Source: an uncultured delta proteobacterium
Lineage (GTDB): Bacteria; Desulfobacterota; RBG-13-43-22
Direction of reading: 5' to 3'
Length of the DNA stretch: 64,000 bases
Assembly: GCA_963743305.1 (NCBI GenBank)
Contig: CAVUPH010000013.1
Coordinates: forward strand, 160,001 to 224,000
Part shown: positions 1 through 10,302 of the stretch, piece after piece
Layout: each line of letters opens with the position of its first letter
How positions within the stretch are numbered: the first letter of the stretch is position 1
Notes under the pieces: generated by a model
Told to the model about the DNA's origin: nothing
What the model saw: the letters and a program-made list of their open reading frames with translations, nothing else
The model's database searches: none
Translations under genes and position numbers: made by a program

Positions 1-29
1 TCGACAGGCTCGCAGCTCAGGGCAAACGG
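1..29. repeat. Partial REP-like palindromic element (cttcgacaggctcagggc family)
   Basis: tcgacaggctcgcagctcagggc is the reverse complement of gccctgagcctgtcga (31130-31145) with a 7-nt internal insertion; truncated by the window edge. Confidence 0.55.
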
Positions 30-68
30 TTGTAGTGTCGCTTTGTCAAGGTTATTTGTCTACAGATC

Positions 69-1007
69 CTAAGTATTCGCCGCGGTGAAAGCCTGAAGAC
101 TCTTCACGTCTTCCACGTTGAAAGCGGTATAGGCAAACTCCTTAGGGAGGCATTTTTTCACTAATCCCAAAAGGACCTTTTTGGGGCCCACCTCCAGAAA
201 TCGGGTAAGTCCGTCTGCTCGCATTTGTTGGACGATATTCACCCAGCGGACCGGACTTCCCATCTGCCGCCCCATGATTTCTTTGATTTGTCCCGCGTCT
301 TGAACCGCATTTCCCGTCACATTCAAGTAGAGGGAGCATTGGGGGGGCTGAAAGGGTACGGCGGCCAATTCTTTCTGAAAAGACTCTAGGGCCTCCCCCA
401 TGAGCGGGCTGTGCCAGGCCCCGCTGACGGCCAGCGGAACCGCCTTTCCTCCCTGTTCCGTCACCCGGCGGCGGGCTTCCTCTACCAGGGGCTGGGAGCC
501 GGAGATGACCGTCTGTTCCGGGGTATTGAAATTGGCGGCGCCGATGGCCCCCTGGCCCTGCAATCCGGCCAGGATGGACTCCAATTGCTCCGGGGACAAT
601 CCCATCACAGCCGCCATGGCTCCTGGAACCTTTTGTGCCGCCTGGTCCATGAGTGCCCCCCGGGCCTTGACCAGTTTCAAGGTATATTCAAGCGAAATGA
701 CCCGGGCGGCGTAAAGGGCCGAGTATTCACCCAGACTGTGGCCGGCCACGGCCGCCGGCCGATATCCCAAATCTTCCAACACGGCCAAGGCGGCCAGATT
801 GACCGCGGTCACCGCCGGTTGGAGATTTCGAGTCAGGGTCAGTTCCTCCAGGGGTCCCTCGAAGCACAGCTTTCGGAGAGGCAGGTCAAGCAGCGTTTCG
901 GCCCGATCAAAGACCTCGCGGGCCGTGGGGTATTGATCATGGATCTCCTGGCCCATGCCCACGTACTGAGAACCCTGCCCTGGAAATAAAAATGCCCTAT
1001 CGGCCAT
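69..1007 (-). CDS. fabD: Malonyl-CoA:ACP transacylase
   Basis: FLFPGQGSQ, GHSLGEY catalytic motif, AVSGAWHS, PVRW, EVGP; start moved to ATG 1007 behind a GGAGG RBS. Confidence 0.96.
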   Translation of the reverse strand: MADRAFLFPGQGSQYVGMGQEIHDQYPTAREVFDRAETLLDLPLRKLCFEGPLEELTLTRNLQPAVTAVNLAALAVLEDLGYRPAAVAGHSLGEYSALYAARVISLEYTLKLVKARGALMDQAAQKVPGAMAAVMGLSPEQLESILAGLQGQGAIGAANFNTPEQTVISGSQPLVEEARRRVTEQGGKAVPLAVSGAWHSPLMGEALESFQKELAAVPFQPPQCSLYLNVTGNAVQDAGQIKEIMGRQMGSPVRWVNIVQQMRADGLTRFLEVGPKKVLLGLVKKCLPKEFAYTAFNVEDVKSLQAFTAANT

Positions 1008-1419
1008 GCCCCACCTCCGTCGGAAAAATTTAAATTTATAAACGTAGGCCGGCCAAAATTCAAGAAAAAAACAGGCATAGCTGCGAACTTGATCCGGGGG
1101 AAGCAACCCTCCGATTGAACTTGGGGATCGTGGTACCCTCATTGGGGGATTGCTTCGATCTGACAATGACCAGTAATCCGGATATTTGCATGCTTCGAGG
1201 ATACCCCACCCGTGGATGCTGATTTAATATTTAACATGAATGGTGCCCGATGTCAAAATTGTCGCCCTCAGGATCTGAGTTCACCAAGGAATCGCTTGAA
1301 CAGGCGGATATTTCCTGTCAACTCCCCCCGCAGGCGCAGGTCCGATTTAACCATCCATCCTGATTGACTTTTTTTTGTCTTTGGACTATTCTCAATTTCG
1401 GAAGAAAAAGGAGCCATCC

Positions 1420-1953
1420 ATGTCCCGAACCCCCCCAAAAGAACGCCTTTTCAGCAGCCGAGAGATTCAGAAAAGGGTAGGAGAGCTGGCCCGGATCCTT
1501 TCCCGGGATTATCGGGGACGGGAACTGATCCTGATCGGGGTTTTGAACGGGGCCTTCATCTTCCTGGCCGATTTGGTGAAACGAATGACCATTCCGGTCC
1601 AGATCGATTTTGTTCGCTTGTCCAGCTATGGCAGCGGCAGTGAGAGCCAGGGTCGGATAAAGGTAATCAAACCGACGGAATTTCCCCTGGCGGGGAAGTC
1701 GGTGCTGATTGTGGAGGACATCATCGATACCGGCTTGACGCTGGATTTTTTGTGCCGGTCCTTAAAAGAGCAGAACCCTGAGTCTGTCCGGATCTGCGCC
1801 TTGGTCGATAAGAGCGAACGGAGGAAATTACCCGTGTGCATTGATTACGTGGGGTTTGTCGTTCCTTCGGGATTTATTGTCGGCTATGGCCTGGATTTCA
1901 ACGAGCAGTACCGACAGCTCCCGGCAATTTATCGTTTGTTGTCTTTGGGTTAG
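1420..1953 (+). CDS. hpt: Hypoxanthine phosphoribosyltransferase
   Basis: GVLNGAFIFLADL, SSYG, VLIVEDIIDTGLTL PRPP-binding motif, FIVGYGLD; AAGGAG RBS before ATG 1420. Confidence 0.95.
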   Translation: MSRTPPKERLFSSREIQKRVGELARILSRDYRGRELILIGVLNGAFIFLADLVKRMTIPVQIDFVRLSSYGSGSESQGRIKVIKPTEFPLAGKSVLIVEDIIDTGLTLDFLCRSLKEQNPESVRICALVDKSERRKLPVCIDYVGFVVPSGFIVGYGLDFNEQYRQLPAIYRLLSLG

Positions 1954-1972
1954 ATTATTTTAGGAGAACGCC

Positions 1973-2752
1973 GTGCAGATTCAATGTCCCCAATGTGAAA
2001 CGACCTTCCAATTGGATGAAAATCAATTAGGGGAAAACGGTTCCAAGGTGCGTTGCAGTCGGTGCGGCCGGGTTTTTTGGGCCGAGGCCCCGGCTAAGAA
2101 GGAAGCACCGTCTCCGGAAGAGGCTATCCCGGAAGAGCCCAACCTTCCGCGGGAAGAAGAGATCATGACCGCCTTCCCAGGACCTCCCCAGCGTCGGGTC
2201 GGAGCCATGGTCGGGTTTTTCCTGCTGTTGCTGCTTTTGGTCATTACCGTCCGCTATTCCTATCTGCAACTCTTGGAACCCGACCAGGAATTCGGCGAAA
2301 CCGTCAAAAAAGTCTTTTTTCTGGACTCCGATCCGCGGGGCGCTAAAAAAATTCGCTTACAGGAGGTCAAGGGTTATTTCAAAACCAATCCCCTGGAGGG
2401 CCGTTTTTTCGTGGTGGAGGGGAAGGTGGTGAACGGCTACAGCCATCCCCGTGATTCTATCCATTTGCGCGGGAATCTGAAAAACGCCGTCCAGCAGGTG
2501 GTGGCGACCCGGGAAGTAGCGGCCGGTTGGAGTTTGAATCCGGAGGAACTGGAAACGTTGTCCTTCGCCGAGATCAATACCCTGGCCGCCGGCCAACCGC
2601 AACGCTTTTCCTCCAGGATTCACTTGGCCCCATCGGCCACGGCCCCGTTCATGATCATCTTTCCCCCTTCACCACAACCGTTGGCCGAATTCTCCGTGGA
2701 AGTGGTCGATTCGAAAAAAAGTTTGGCGGCGGCCCGATTCGCCCATAAATAG
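1973..2752 (+). CDS. Zinc-ribbon (MJ0042-type) / DUF3426-like membrane-anchored protein
   Basis: N-terminal CPQC...VRCSRC zinc finger, Pro/Glu linker, single TM helix, C-terminal beta-rich domain. Confidence 0.8.
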   Translation: MQIQCPQCETTFQLDENQLGENGSKVRCSRCGRVFWAEAPAKKEAPSPEEAIPEEPNLPREEEIMTAFPGPPQRRVGAMVGFFLLLLLLVITVRYSYLQLLEPDQEFGETVKKVFFLDSDPRGAKKIRLQEVKGYFKTNPLEGRFFVVEGKVVNGYSHPRDSIHLRGNLKNAVQQVVATREVAAGWSLNPEELETLSFAEINTLAAGQPQRFSSRIHLAPSATAPFMIIFPPSPQPLAEFSVEVVDSKKSLAAARFAHK

Positions 2753-2755
2753 GCT

Positions 2756-3757
2756 ATGTCCGTTGCCCGCTGGATTCTGATCAATTGCCTGATCTTCTCG
2801 ATTATCCTCCTGGGGGGGAGCGCAGGGTTCCTCCTCATCGAAGGGCCTCACTGGAGCCTGTTGGACGCCGTGTATCAGACCATAACCACCATATCCACCG
2901 TGGGCTTCATGGAGGTCCATCCCTTGAGTCCGGCCGGCCGGATCTTTACCATTTTTCTGATCCTGGCTGGCGTCGGTTTTATTTTTTATTTTCTAGCTCG
3001 GATGACCGAGATAGTGGTTGAAGGGACGATTAAGGATATTTATGGGAGGCGGAAATTGGATAAGAAAGTGACGCGTCTGGAAGGGCACTACATCGTTTGC
3101 GGGTACGGCCGAATCGGGCGGACGGTCACCCAACTTCTGAAAGAAAAACCTCTGGAGGTGGTGGTCATTGAAAAAGACCCTGAATACATACCCCTGTTCC
3201 AGGGAAAAGGGATTCTTTATCTTCTGGGTGAGGCGACCGATGAAGACGTTCTGCTCAAGGCCGGGATCGAGAGGGCCAAGGGCCTGGTGGCGGCCGTTTC
3301 CTCCGATGCCGACAATGTCTACATCACCCTAACGGCCCGGGGATTGAATGCCCACCTGTTTATTCTGGCCCGGGCCGCTGAGGAGGCTTCCGGCCGGAAG
3401 ATGATCCGGGCTGGTGCCGATAAGGTGGTTTCGCCCTATGAGATCGGGGCGCGACGCATGGCCAATACCATCCTCCGGCCGACGGTTATCGATTTCATCG
3501 AACTGGCCATGCACACCAAGAGTCTGGACTTATCTATGGAGGAGATTACCGTTAAAGAGGGTTCCCAGCTTCATGATGTCACGCTTCAAGAGGCCGCCAT
3601 CCGCAAGGATTACAACCTGATCGTGGTGGCCATCAAAAAGAATTCCGGAGATATGATCTTTAACCCCTATTCCCAGACCAAAATCCATCTGGGCGACACC
3701 CTGGTCGTCTTGGGGGATCGGGAGAACGTGTCCTTGCTGGAGCAGAAGCTGAAGTGA
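2756..3757 (+). CDS. Potassium channel protein with TrkA-N/TrkA-C (RCK) domains
   Basis: Pore signature TISTVGF, two TM helices, HYIVCGYGRIG Rossmann motif, C-terminal GDTLVVLG. Confidence 0.92.
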   Translation: MSVARWILINCLIFSIILLGGSAGFLLIEGPHWSLLDAVYQTITTISTVGFMEVHPLSPAGRIFTIFLILAGVGFIFYFLARMTEIVVEGTIKDIYGRRKLDKKVTRLEGHYIVCGYGRIGRTVTQLLKEKPLEVVVIEKDPEYIPLFQGKGILYLLGEATDEDVLLKAGIERAKGLVAAVSSDADNVYITLTARGLNAHLFILARAAEEASGRKMIRAGADKVVSPYEIGARRMANTILRPTVIDFIELAMHTKSLDLSMEEITVKEGSQLHDVTLQEAAIRKDYNLIVVAIKKNSGDMIFNPYSQTKIHLGDTLVVLGDRENVSLLEQKLK

Positions 3758-3758
3758 G

Positions 3759-4613
3759 TTAACCGGACCCGTAACTGTGCAGGCCGGACAAAATGAAATT
3801 GACCCCGAAATAAGTGAAAAGCACACAGGCAAAGCCGATAACGGAAAACCAGGCAATCCGTTTTCCATGCCAGCCTTTCATCATGCGAGCATGCAATAAG
3901 GTGGCATATACCAGCCAGGTAATGAGCGACCAGGTTTCCTTCGGATCCCAACTCCAGTAGGTTCCCCAGGCCGAATGGGCCCAGATGGCCCCGGTAGCGA
4001 TACCGACGGTGAGCAACAAAAAACCCACGATCACCGTTTGATATACCAAATCATCCAGAACCGTCTGCTCCGGCAGAAAGCCTGGAGATTTCGCAGCGGA
4101 GGACTTTGCTTTTTCCGGTCTTTTCCCGCGGAGCAGGAACATGAAAGCCAATCCGCAGGATACGGCAAAGGCGGCGTACCCTAAAAAACAGGTGATGACA
4201 TGAGCGATCAGCCAGTTGCTCTTCAGGGCCGGCAGCAGGGGCTGGATCCGGGTATTCATATCCGGGGAAAAGGAGGCGTAGGCCATGGAAAGAAAGGCAA
4301 AGGGCAAAGTAAAGGCCCCAATGGTTTTCAGCCCGGTTTTGAACTCGATCCACAAGTAAATGAAGGCGATGGTCCAGGCAAAGAAAATAAGAGATTCGTA
4401 GAGATTGGAAAAAGGGGCGTGGCCGATCCCCAATTGATAGGATTCAATCCAGCGCCAGATGATGCCCCAGGTTTGAAGAGCAAGGACAACCAGGGTGATC
4501 CAGGTGGCCAAACGGCCAAAAGCATCTTTCCGGAAAACCAGTAAGAGCAAATAGGCCACGGCGGCGAATAAATAGCCGAAAGTGACGATACTCAGGACAA
4601 AAGAGCTGTTCAT
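3759..4613 (-). CDS. ccsB: System II cytochrome c biogenesis protein (CcsA/ResC-type, WWD domain)
   Basis: GAIWAHSAWGTYWSWDPKETW WWD motif, GHAPFSNLYES, GLHSY C-terminus. Confidence 0.93.
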   Translation of the reverse strand: MNSSFVLSIVTFGYLFAAVAYLLLLVFRKDAFGRLATWITLVVLALQTWGIIWRWIESYQLGIGHAPFSNLYESLIFFAWTIAFIYLWIEFKTGLKTIGAFTLPFAFLSMAYASFSPDMNTRIQPLLPALKSNWLIAHVITCFLGYAAFAVSCGLAFMFLLRGKRPEKAKSSAAKSPGFLPEQTVLDDLVYQTVIVGFLLLTVGIATGAIWAHSAWGTYWSWDPKETWSLITWLVYATLLHARMMKGWHGKRIAWFSVIGFACVLFTYFGVNFILSGLHSYGSG

Positions 4614-4687
4614 ATTAAATCCTCATGCCCGGAGCGGGCAACCGCAAAGCATAAAAGACCTTTCTTCATACTAAACCTCAATAAACG

Positions 4688-6049
4688 TTATTCACTCCCC
4701 CAGCGGTTGACCAGGCGTTCCAGGTTGAGGATAAAACCGGCCCGATTCTTATGGGCCGTTCCTCCAAAATCCAGTTCCATCCGGGTTTTCCCTTTGGGGT
4801 CTTTTTTCTCCCGGAGCCAGACCCAGACCTGCTGATGGGAAAAATAGAAGGCCACGATGAAGCCCAAGAGCATCAGGCAGGACCCGATCCAGATAAACCA
4901 GATGCCGGGATCTTGGTTGACCTGCAGGCCGGTGACGTACCGGGTTTTCATCTCTTCCACTTTGATCCGGAAGTCGGCCAGTTGATTGCCGTGAAACTCG
5001 GGATGCTCGGCCAGGATCCAGCTATGTTCCACTTCCCGGCCGTCTTTAAGCAGGATCAGACCCAAGGCCGGGCCAAAGTTCGAAAGGTCGTTGACAAACC
5101 GTTCCAGGGAAAGACTGTAGGGGGTGCCGGGGATCTCCGTGATCCGCCCTTGGGCCACGGTGACTTTCCGGACCTGGTCACCCTGGGTCAACGAGAGGTC
5201 CACAGTCGAGGGCACCCGATCCCAGGTGGCCTGATAAAAGGTAATTCCCTGATAGGTGAAAGGATCATTAACTCGGATGGATGCCTTTTGAACCTCCCGG
5301 CCCCTTTCGAGTATGGACAAGTCCGAGCGGTATTCCTTGGGCATCCCGTTTTCATAGAAAGAGACCAGAAAACGGTCGCAACGAACGGAAAAACCAAGTG
5401 CCCGAAATCCGCCGGAGTTGCCAATCGTAATTTTGTCTTTCGTTTCCCCTTCTTTCAAATTCATAAAGCCCTTAAAACCCCAGAGGGATCCGGCGATGGC
5501 CCCGGCAAAGATCACCAGGATGCTGAAATGGACTAAATAGACGCCCAAACGGGAGTACCTTCCCTTCTCGGCGTAAAAAGCCAGACCTGAAGGGGCCTCC
5601 AAGGATTTTACAACCTTGAATTTTTTCCCCAAAAGGGCGTGCACCCGATCCCGAGAAGAGTCCAGGTCAATGGACAGGCGCATTTTTTTTCGGAAAGGCA
5701 GGGTGTCAAATAAGCCGTCACTCACAGGGCGGGGCGGCGCCTGGATGACCTTCCAGGTACTCGAGAAACGCTTGAGGGAGCAGACGATCAGGTTGACGGA
5801 TAAGAGCAGCAAGAGCCACTGAAACCACCAGGAATGATACATGTCCTGAAGCTGGAAAAACGCGATCAGCCTGGCGGTTGTCGGTCCAGAGCGTTGGACC
5901 ACCATTTCCAAAGGCTCGCCCTGGGGCAAAACGGTCCCGATGATGGACGTAGCAGCCAGTGTGATCAGGATGACGATGGCCAGTTTGACCGAAGCAAAAA
6001 AATCAATAATTTGAGCTAAAAATCCTTTAGAAGTCCGGGTATCGGCCAT
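4688..6049 (-). CDS. resB: Cytochrome c biogenesis protein ResB/Ccs1
   Basis: SIIGTVLPQ, DMYHSWWF, YLVHFSIL, VNDPFTYQGITFYQ, TGLQVNQDPG; adjacent to ccsB. Confidence 0.92.
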   Translation of the reverse strand: MADTRTSKGFLAQIIDFFASVKLAIVILITLAATSIIGTVLPQGEPLEMVVQRSGPTTARLIAFFQLQDMYHSWWFQWLLLLLSVNLIVCSLKRFSSTWKVIQAPPRPVSDGLFDTLPFRKKMRLSIDLDSSRDRVHALLGKKFKVVKSLEAPSGLAFYAEKGRYSRLGVYLVHFSILVIFAGAIAGSLWGFKGFMNLKEGETKDKITIGNSGGFRALGFSVRCDRFLVSFYENGMPKEYRSDLSILERGREVQKASIRVNDPFTYQGITFYQATWDRVPSTVDLSLTQGDQVRKVTVAQGRITEIPGTPYSLSLERFVNDLSNFGPALGLILLKDGREVEHSWILAEHPEFHGNQLADFRIKVEEMKTRYVTGLQVNQDPGIWFIWIGSCLMLLGFIVAFYFSHQQVWVWLREKKDPKGKTRMELDFGGTAHKNRAGFILNLERLVNRWGSE

Positions 6050-6190
6050 GATTGAATAGGGTACTCGTCGATTCGTTTATTTGGCGCCCAAGCCATCAAT
6101 GGGCAGTCGAGTTAAAATAATGCATCGATCAAAAAAAACAACCCTTTTATCTAAGTTTCCAATTCGGGTCAATCCCATTTATTCATTTGA

Positions 6191-7896
<1,706 letters not shown>

Positions 7897-7899
7897 GGT

Positions 7900-8118
7900 T
7901 TAACCCAACCGCTCACTTTTGAGCGTCTTCAGTCGATTCTGGATTTTCTGCACCAAGGCTTTAAGGTCGAGTTGCATGCCGGACAAATCCTGATGGCGTC
8001 TATCCGCTACCCGTTGGATTTCTCCCAGCCAATATTGGACCACTTCCATTTCTTTTTTGGCCAATTCCTCCTGGACCCGCTGATTCATCTGGCGGATCAA
8101 CGCAACGTCTAACGGCAT
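7900..8118 (-). CDS. Small helical hypothetical protein
   Basis: 72-aa ORF with GGAGG RBS, 3 nt upstream of queD, amphipathic helices. Confidence 0.7.
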   Translation of the reverse strand: MPLDVALIRQMNQRVQEELAKKEMEVVQYWLGEIQRVADRRHQDLSGMQLDLKALVQKIQNRLKTLKSERLG

Positions 8119-8239
8119 AGGGCCCCTCCCGGCAATAGATTTTAAATGGCCTTTTAATACCTGTATGTTACCGTTAGAGAGCGTTTCCTGTCAACCGGCC
8201 ATTTAACCTCTCCCGTCGGAAAGGTTCTAACTTAAAGGG

Positions 8240-8268
8240 TTGACAGAGGAAATAAGAAAGGTTAAGGT
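8240..8268 (+). promoter_or_regulatory. Putative sigma70 promoter
   Basis: TTGACA-17 nt-TAAGGT immediately upstream of the CDS at 8281. Confidence 0.45.
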
Positions 8269-8280
8269 GAAAGGCTAATT

Positions 8281-9954
8281 ATGAATACTAAAATTTTAAA
8301 AACCGGGTTGATTTTTCTTTTGGGGCTTTGTTTTTTTTGTCCACTGACCGTTTTCGGGGCGGCTGAAACCGCTAAAGTGGCTCTTCTGCCCTTGACCATC
8401 AACGCCCCCGACCGCCTGGACTACCTGCGCCAGGGCCTTCAGGACATCATGGCCTCCCGGATAGCCTGGGAGGGGAAAGTGCTGGTGCTGGATAAGACGC
8501 TGGTGCAGAAGGCCTTGAACAAGGTCCCGGGGTCAATCGATGAATCTCGGGCTTTGGAAATCGGTAAAAATCTGGGGGCGGATTACGTGATTTTCGGGAG
8601 CCTGACCATGGCCGGCACCGGTGTCAGCATTGATCTGCGGGTGGCCGCCCTGAACAAAAAACAGGCGGGAGAAAAATTCTTTACCCAGACCAAGGGAGTG
8701 GACGAAGTCATTCCCCGAATAAACGACTTGATCGAAGACCTCAATGAAAAGGTCTTTGAGCGGCCCCGAACCCCAGCGGCGGCCGTCAAAGGTCCGATTG
8801 AGCTGCGGTCGACCGCCGCCGGGGAGAAAGCGCCCATTGCCTTAAAGGATTTCACCTTGAAACCCCTGTCCCCTAAGATCAACATGAACGCCGGCGGTTT
8901 CGATCTGGCCGGTATCTGGCGGAGCAGCCTACTGCCATACGCCATGCGGGATTTGGCCTTTGGCGATTTCGACGGGGACGGCAATCTAGAAACGGTGGTC
9001 ATCAGTCAGAAAGCCGTTTATATCTACCGCTTCAAGGATGAAAAGTTCGAGTTGCTCAAGGAAATCAAGGGGGAGCGGAATGATAACTATGTCGGCGTGG
9101 ATGTGGCGGATATCAAAGGTGCCGGAAGGCCCCAGATTTTCGTCAGCAACTTCCGTGAAGACGGTGATCGGTCACTGGTGGTCTCCTGGGACCAGGGCAA
9201 TTATGCGGTCATCGCCGAAAAAATACCCTACCTTTTTCGGGTTCATCGTCTGCCGGGACGGGGCCAGGTTTTGTTGGGGCAGCAGCGGTGGGGGGAATGG
9301 GCCTTGGGCGGACCCATCAAGATCCTTTCCTGGAAAGATAACCGCTATACCCCGACGGAAGTCTTGAAATTTCCCGAGGGAATAAACATTTACAATTTTA
9401 CCGTGGTGGATTTGAACGGGGACGGTTCTCCGGAAACTATCTATTTGAATGATAAGAATCAATTGGTCATACTGTCCGATAAAGGGAAAGTGGAATACAC
9501 CAGCGCCGCCCATTACGGGGGCACCGTAAATATGATTACCTCGAAGCAATTTACCACCGTCGATGTAGTCAGTGGGACCATCATGAGTGATCGGGTCGGG
9601 CGGACCTATTTGCCGGCTCGACTGGTGGTGGTCCCGGGTTTGACTCCGGGTAAAATGGAGATTATCGTCAATAAGAATAAAGATTCCCTTTGGAATGTTA
9701 TCGACCGCTTTGAGTCTTTTACCAGCGGGGTGATTTATTCACTCACTTGGGACGGGACAAATGTCAAAGAAGGTTGGCGGACCATGACCATCAATGACTA
9801 CGTGGCCACTTACGGGGTGGAAGACTTCAAGAACAACCGCCAAAGACAGTTGGTCGTGGGCGTCGTTCAATCCCAAGGGTTTCTTTTATTGTCCAGCGGG
9901 CGCAGCCTGCTGTATTGCTATGATTTAGGGTTGTTTAAGCCCGAACAAAAATAA
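8281..9954 (+). CDS. Exported protein with N-terminal TolB-N/FlgO-like domain and FG-GAP/VCBS-like repeats
   Basis: Signal peptide, GADYVIFGSLT motif, Ca-binding-type repeats GDFDGDGNLE, ADIKGAG, VDLNGDGSPE, EDFKNN. Confidence 0.75.
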   Translation: MNTKILKTGLIFLLGLCFFCPLTVFGAAETAKVALLPLTINAPDRLDYLRQGLQDIMASRIAWEGKVLVLDKTLVQKALNKVPGSIDESRALEIGKNLGADYVIFGSLTMAGTGVSIDLRVAALNKKQAGEKFFTQTKGVDEVIPRINDLIEDLNEKVFERPRTPAAAVKGPIELRSTAAGEKAPIALKDFTLKPLSPKINMNAGGFDLAGIWRSSLLPYAMRDLAFGDFDGDGNLETVVISQKAVYIYRFKDEKFELLKEIKGERNDNYVGVDVADIKGAGRPQIFVSNFREDGDRSLVVSWDQGNYAVIAEKIPYLFRVHRLPGRGQVLLGQQRWGEWALGGPIKILSWKDNRYTPTEVLKFPEGINIYNFTVVDLNGDGSPETIYLNDKNQLVILSDKGKVEYTSAAHYGGTVNMITSKQFTTVDVVSGTIMSDRVGRTYLPARLVVVPGLTPGKMEIIVNKNKDSLWNVIDRFESFTSGVIYSLTWDGTNVKEGWRTMTINDYVATYGVEDFKNNRQRQLVVGVVQSQGFLLLSSGRSLLYCYDLGLFKPEQK

Positions 9955-9958
9955 TTTC

Positions 9959-10035
9959 GGCGGTGTAGCTCAGGTGGTCAGAGCATGCGGCTCATATCCG
10001 CAGTGTCCGGGGTTCAAATCCCTGCACCGCCACCA
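9959..10035 (+). tRNA. tRNA-Met (CAT), elongator type
   Basis: Cloverleaf with GGCGGTG/CACCGCC acceptor stem, TGCGG-CTCATAT-CCGCA anticodon arm, TTCAAAT T-loop, encoded CCA. Confidence 0.95.
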
Positions 10036-10151
10036 AATTTCAGAAAAGCCGATTTTGGGTTTGATCCCGGGAGCGGCTTAATCTCAGTTTTAAGAGACTT
10101 TGATGATGCAGATATTTTTTTCTTGTTTTTATTTTTACTTTTATTCCGGCG

Positions 10152-10222
10152 TCTGCCCGGATTAAGGGAGACTGGAACCTCTTCTCCAGTAAAACCTGAC
10201 CGGGACAGAGGCCGAAAGCGGC
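10152..10222 (+). ncRNA. Candidate structured cis-regulatory leader RNA (family not recognised)
   Basis: Nested stems TCTGCCCGG/CCGGG-A-CAGA, AGG/CCT and ACTGGA/TCCAGT, then GCCG-AAAG-CGGC hairpin, directly before a terminator. Confidence 0.4.
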
Positions 10223-10231
10223 TGCCCCGGG

Positions 10232-10263
10232 AAAAAGCCCTGGGCCCCCTCAGGGCTTTTTTT
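10232..10263 (+). terminator. Intrinsic terminator
   Basis: AAAAAGCCCTG-ggccccct-CAGGGCTTTTTTT. Confidence 0.85.
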
Positions 10264-10302
10264 GTTTGACGAACAACTTTTTTACTTGATGGTGATTAGG
10301 TT

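Noticed and set aside
1008-1166. N-terminal extension of the fabD ORF (also the extensions listed for hpt, tadA, chrB, porA, the aldo/keto reductase and the propeller gene)
   Set aside because: Downstream starts fit the family N-termini better and mostly have clearer RBSs
1322-1342. ctccccccgcaggcgcagg resembles part of a type I-E CRISPR repeat
   Set aside because: Single copy, no spacers, no cas genes
1080-1350. Long fabD-hpt intergenic region with weak hairpins (ggattgct/agtaatcc; tggggatc/gatacccca) and a duplicated tgcttcga
   Set aside because: No recognisable 6S, SRP or riboswitch motif; stems are short, and divergent promoters could explain the space
9959-10035. tRNA(CAT) as initiator or Ile2
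   Set aside because: Paired G1-C72 and no GGG/CCC anticodon stem exclude initiator; the sequence resembles elongator Met, though Ile2 is not formally excluded without a covariance model
9985-10269. 94-aa ORF
   Set aside because: Overlaps tRNA-Met and the terminator; spurious
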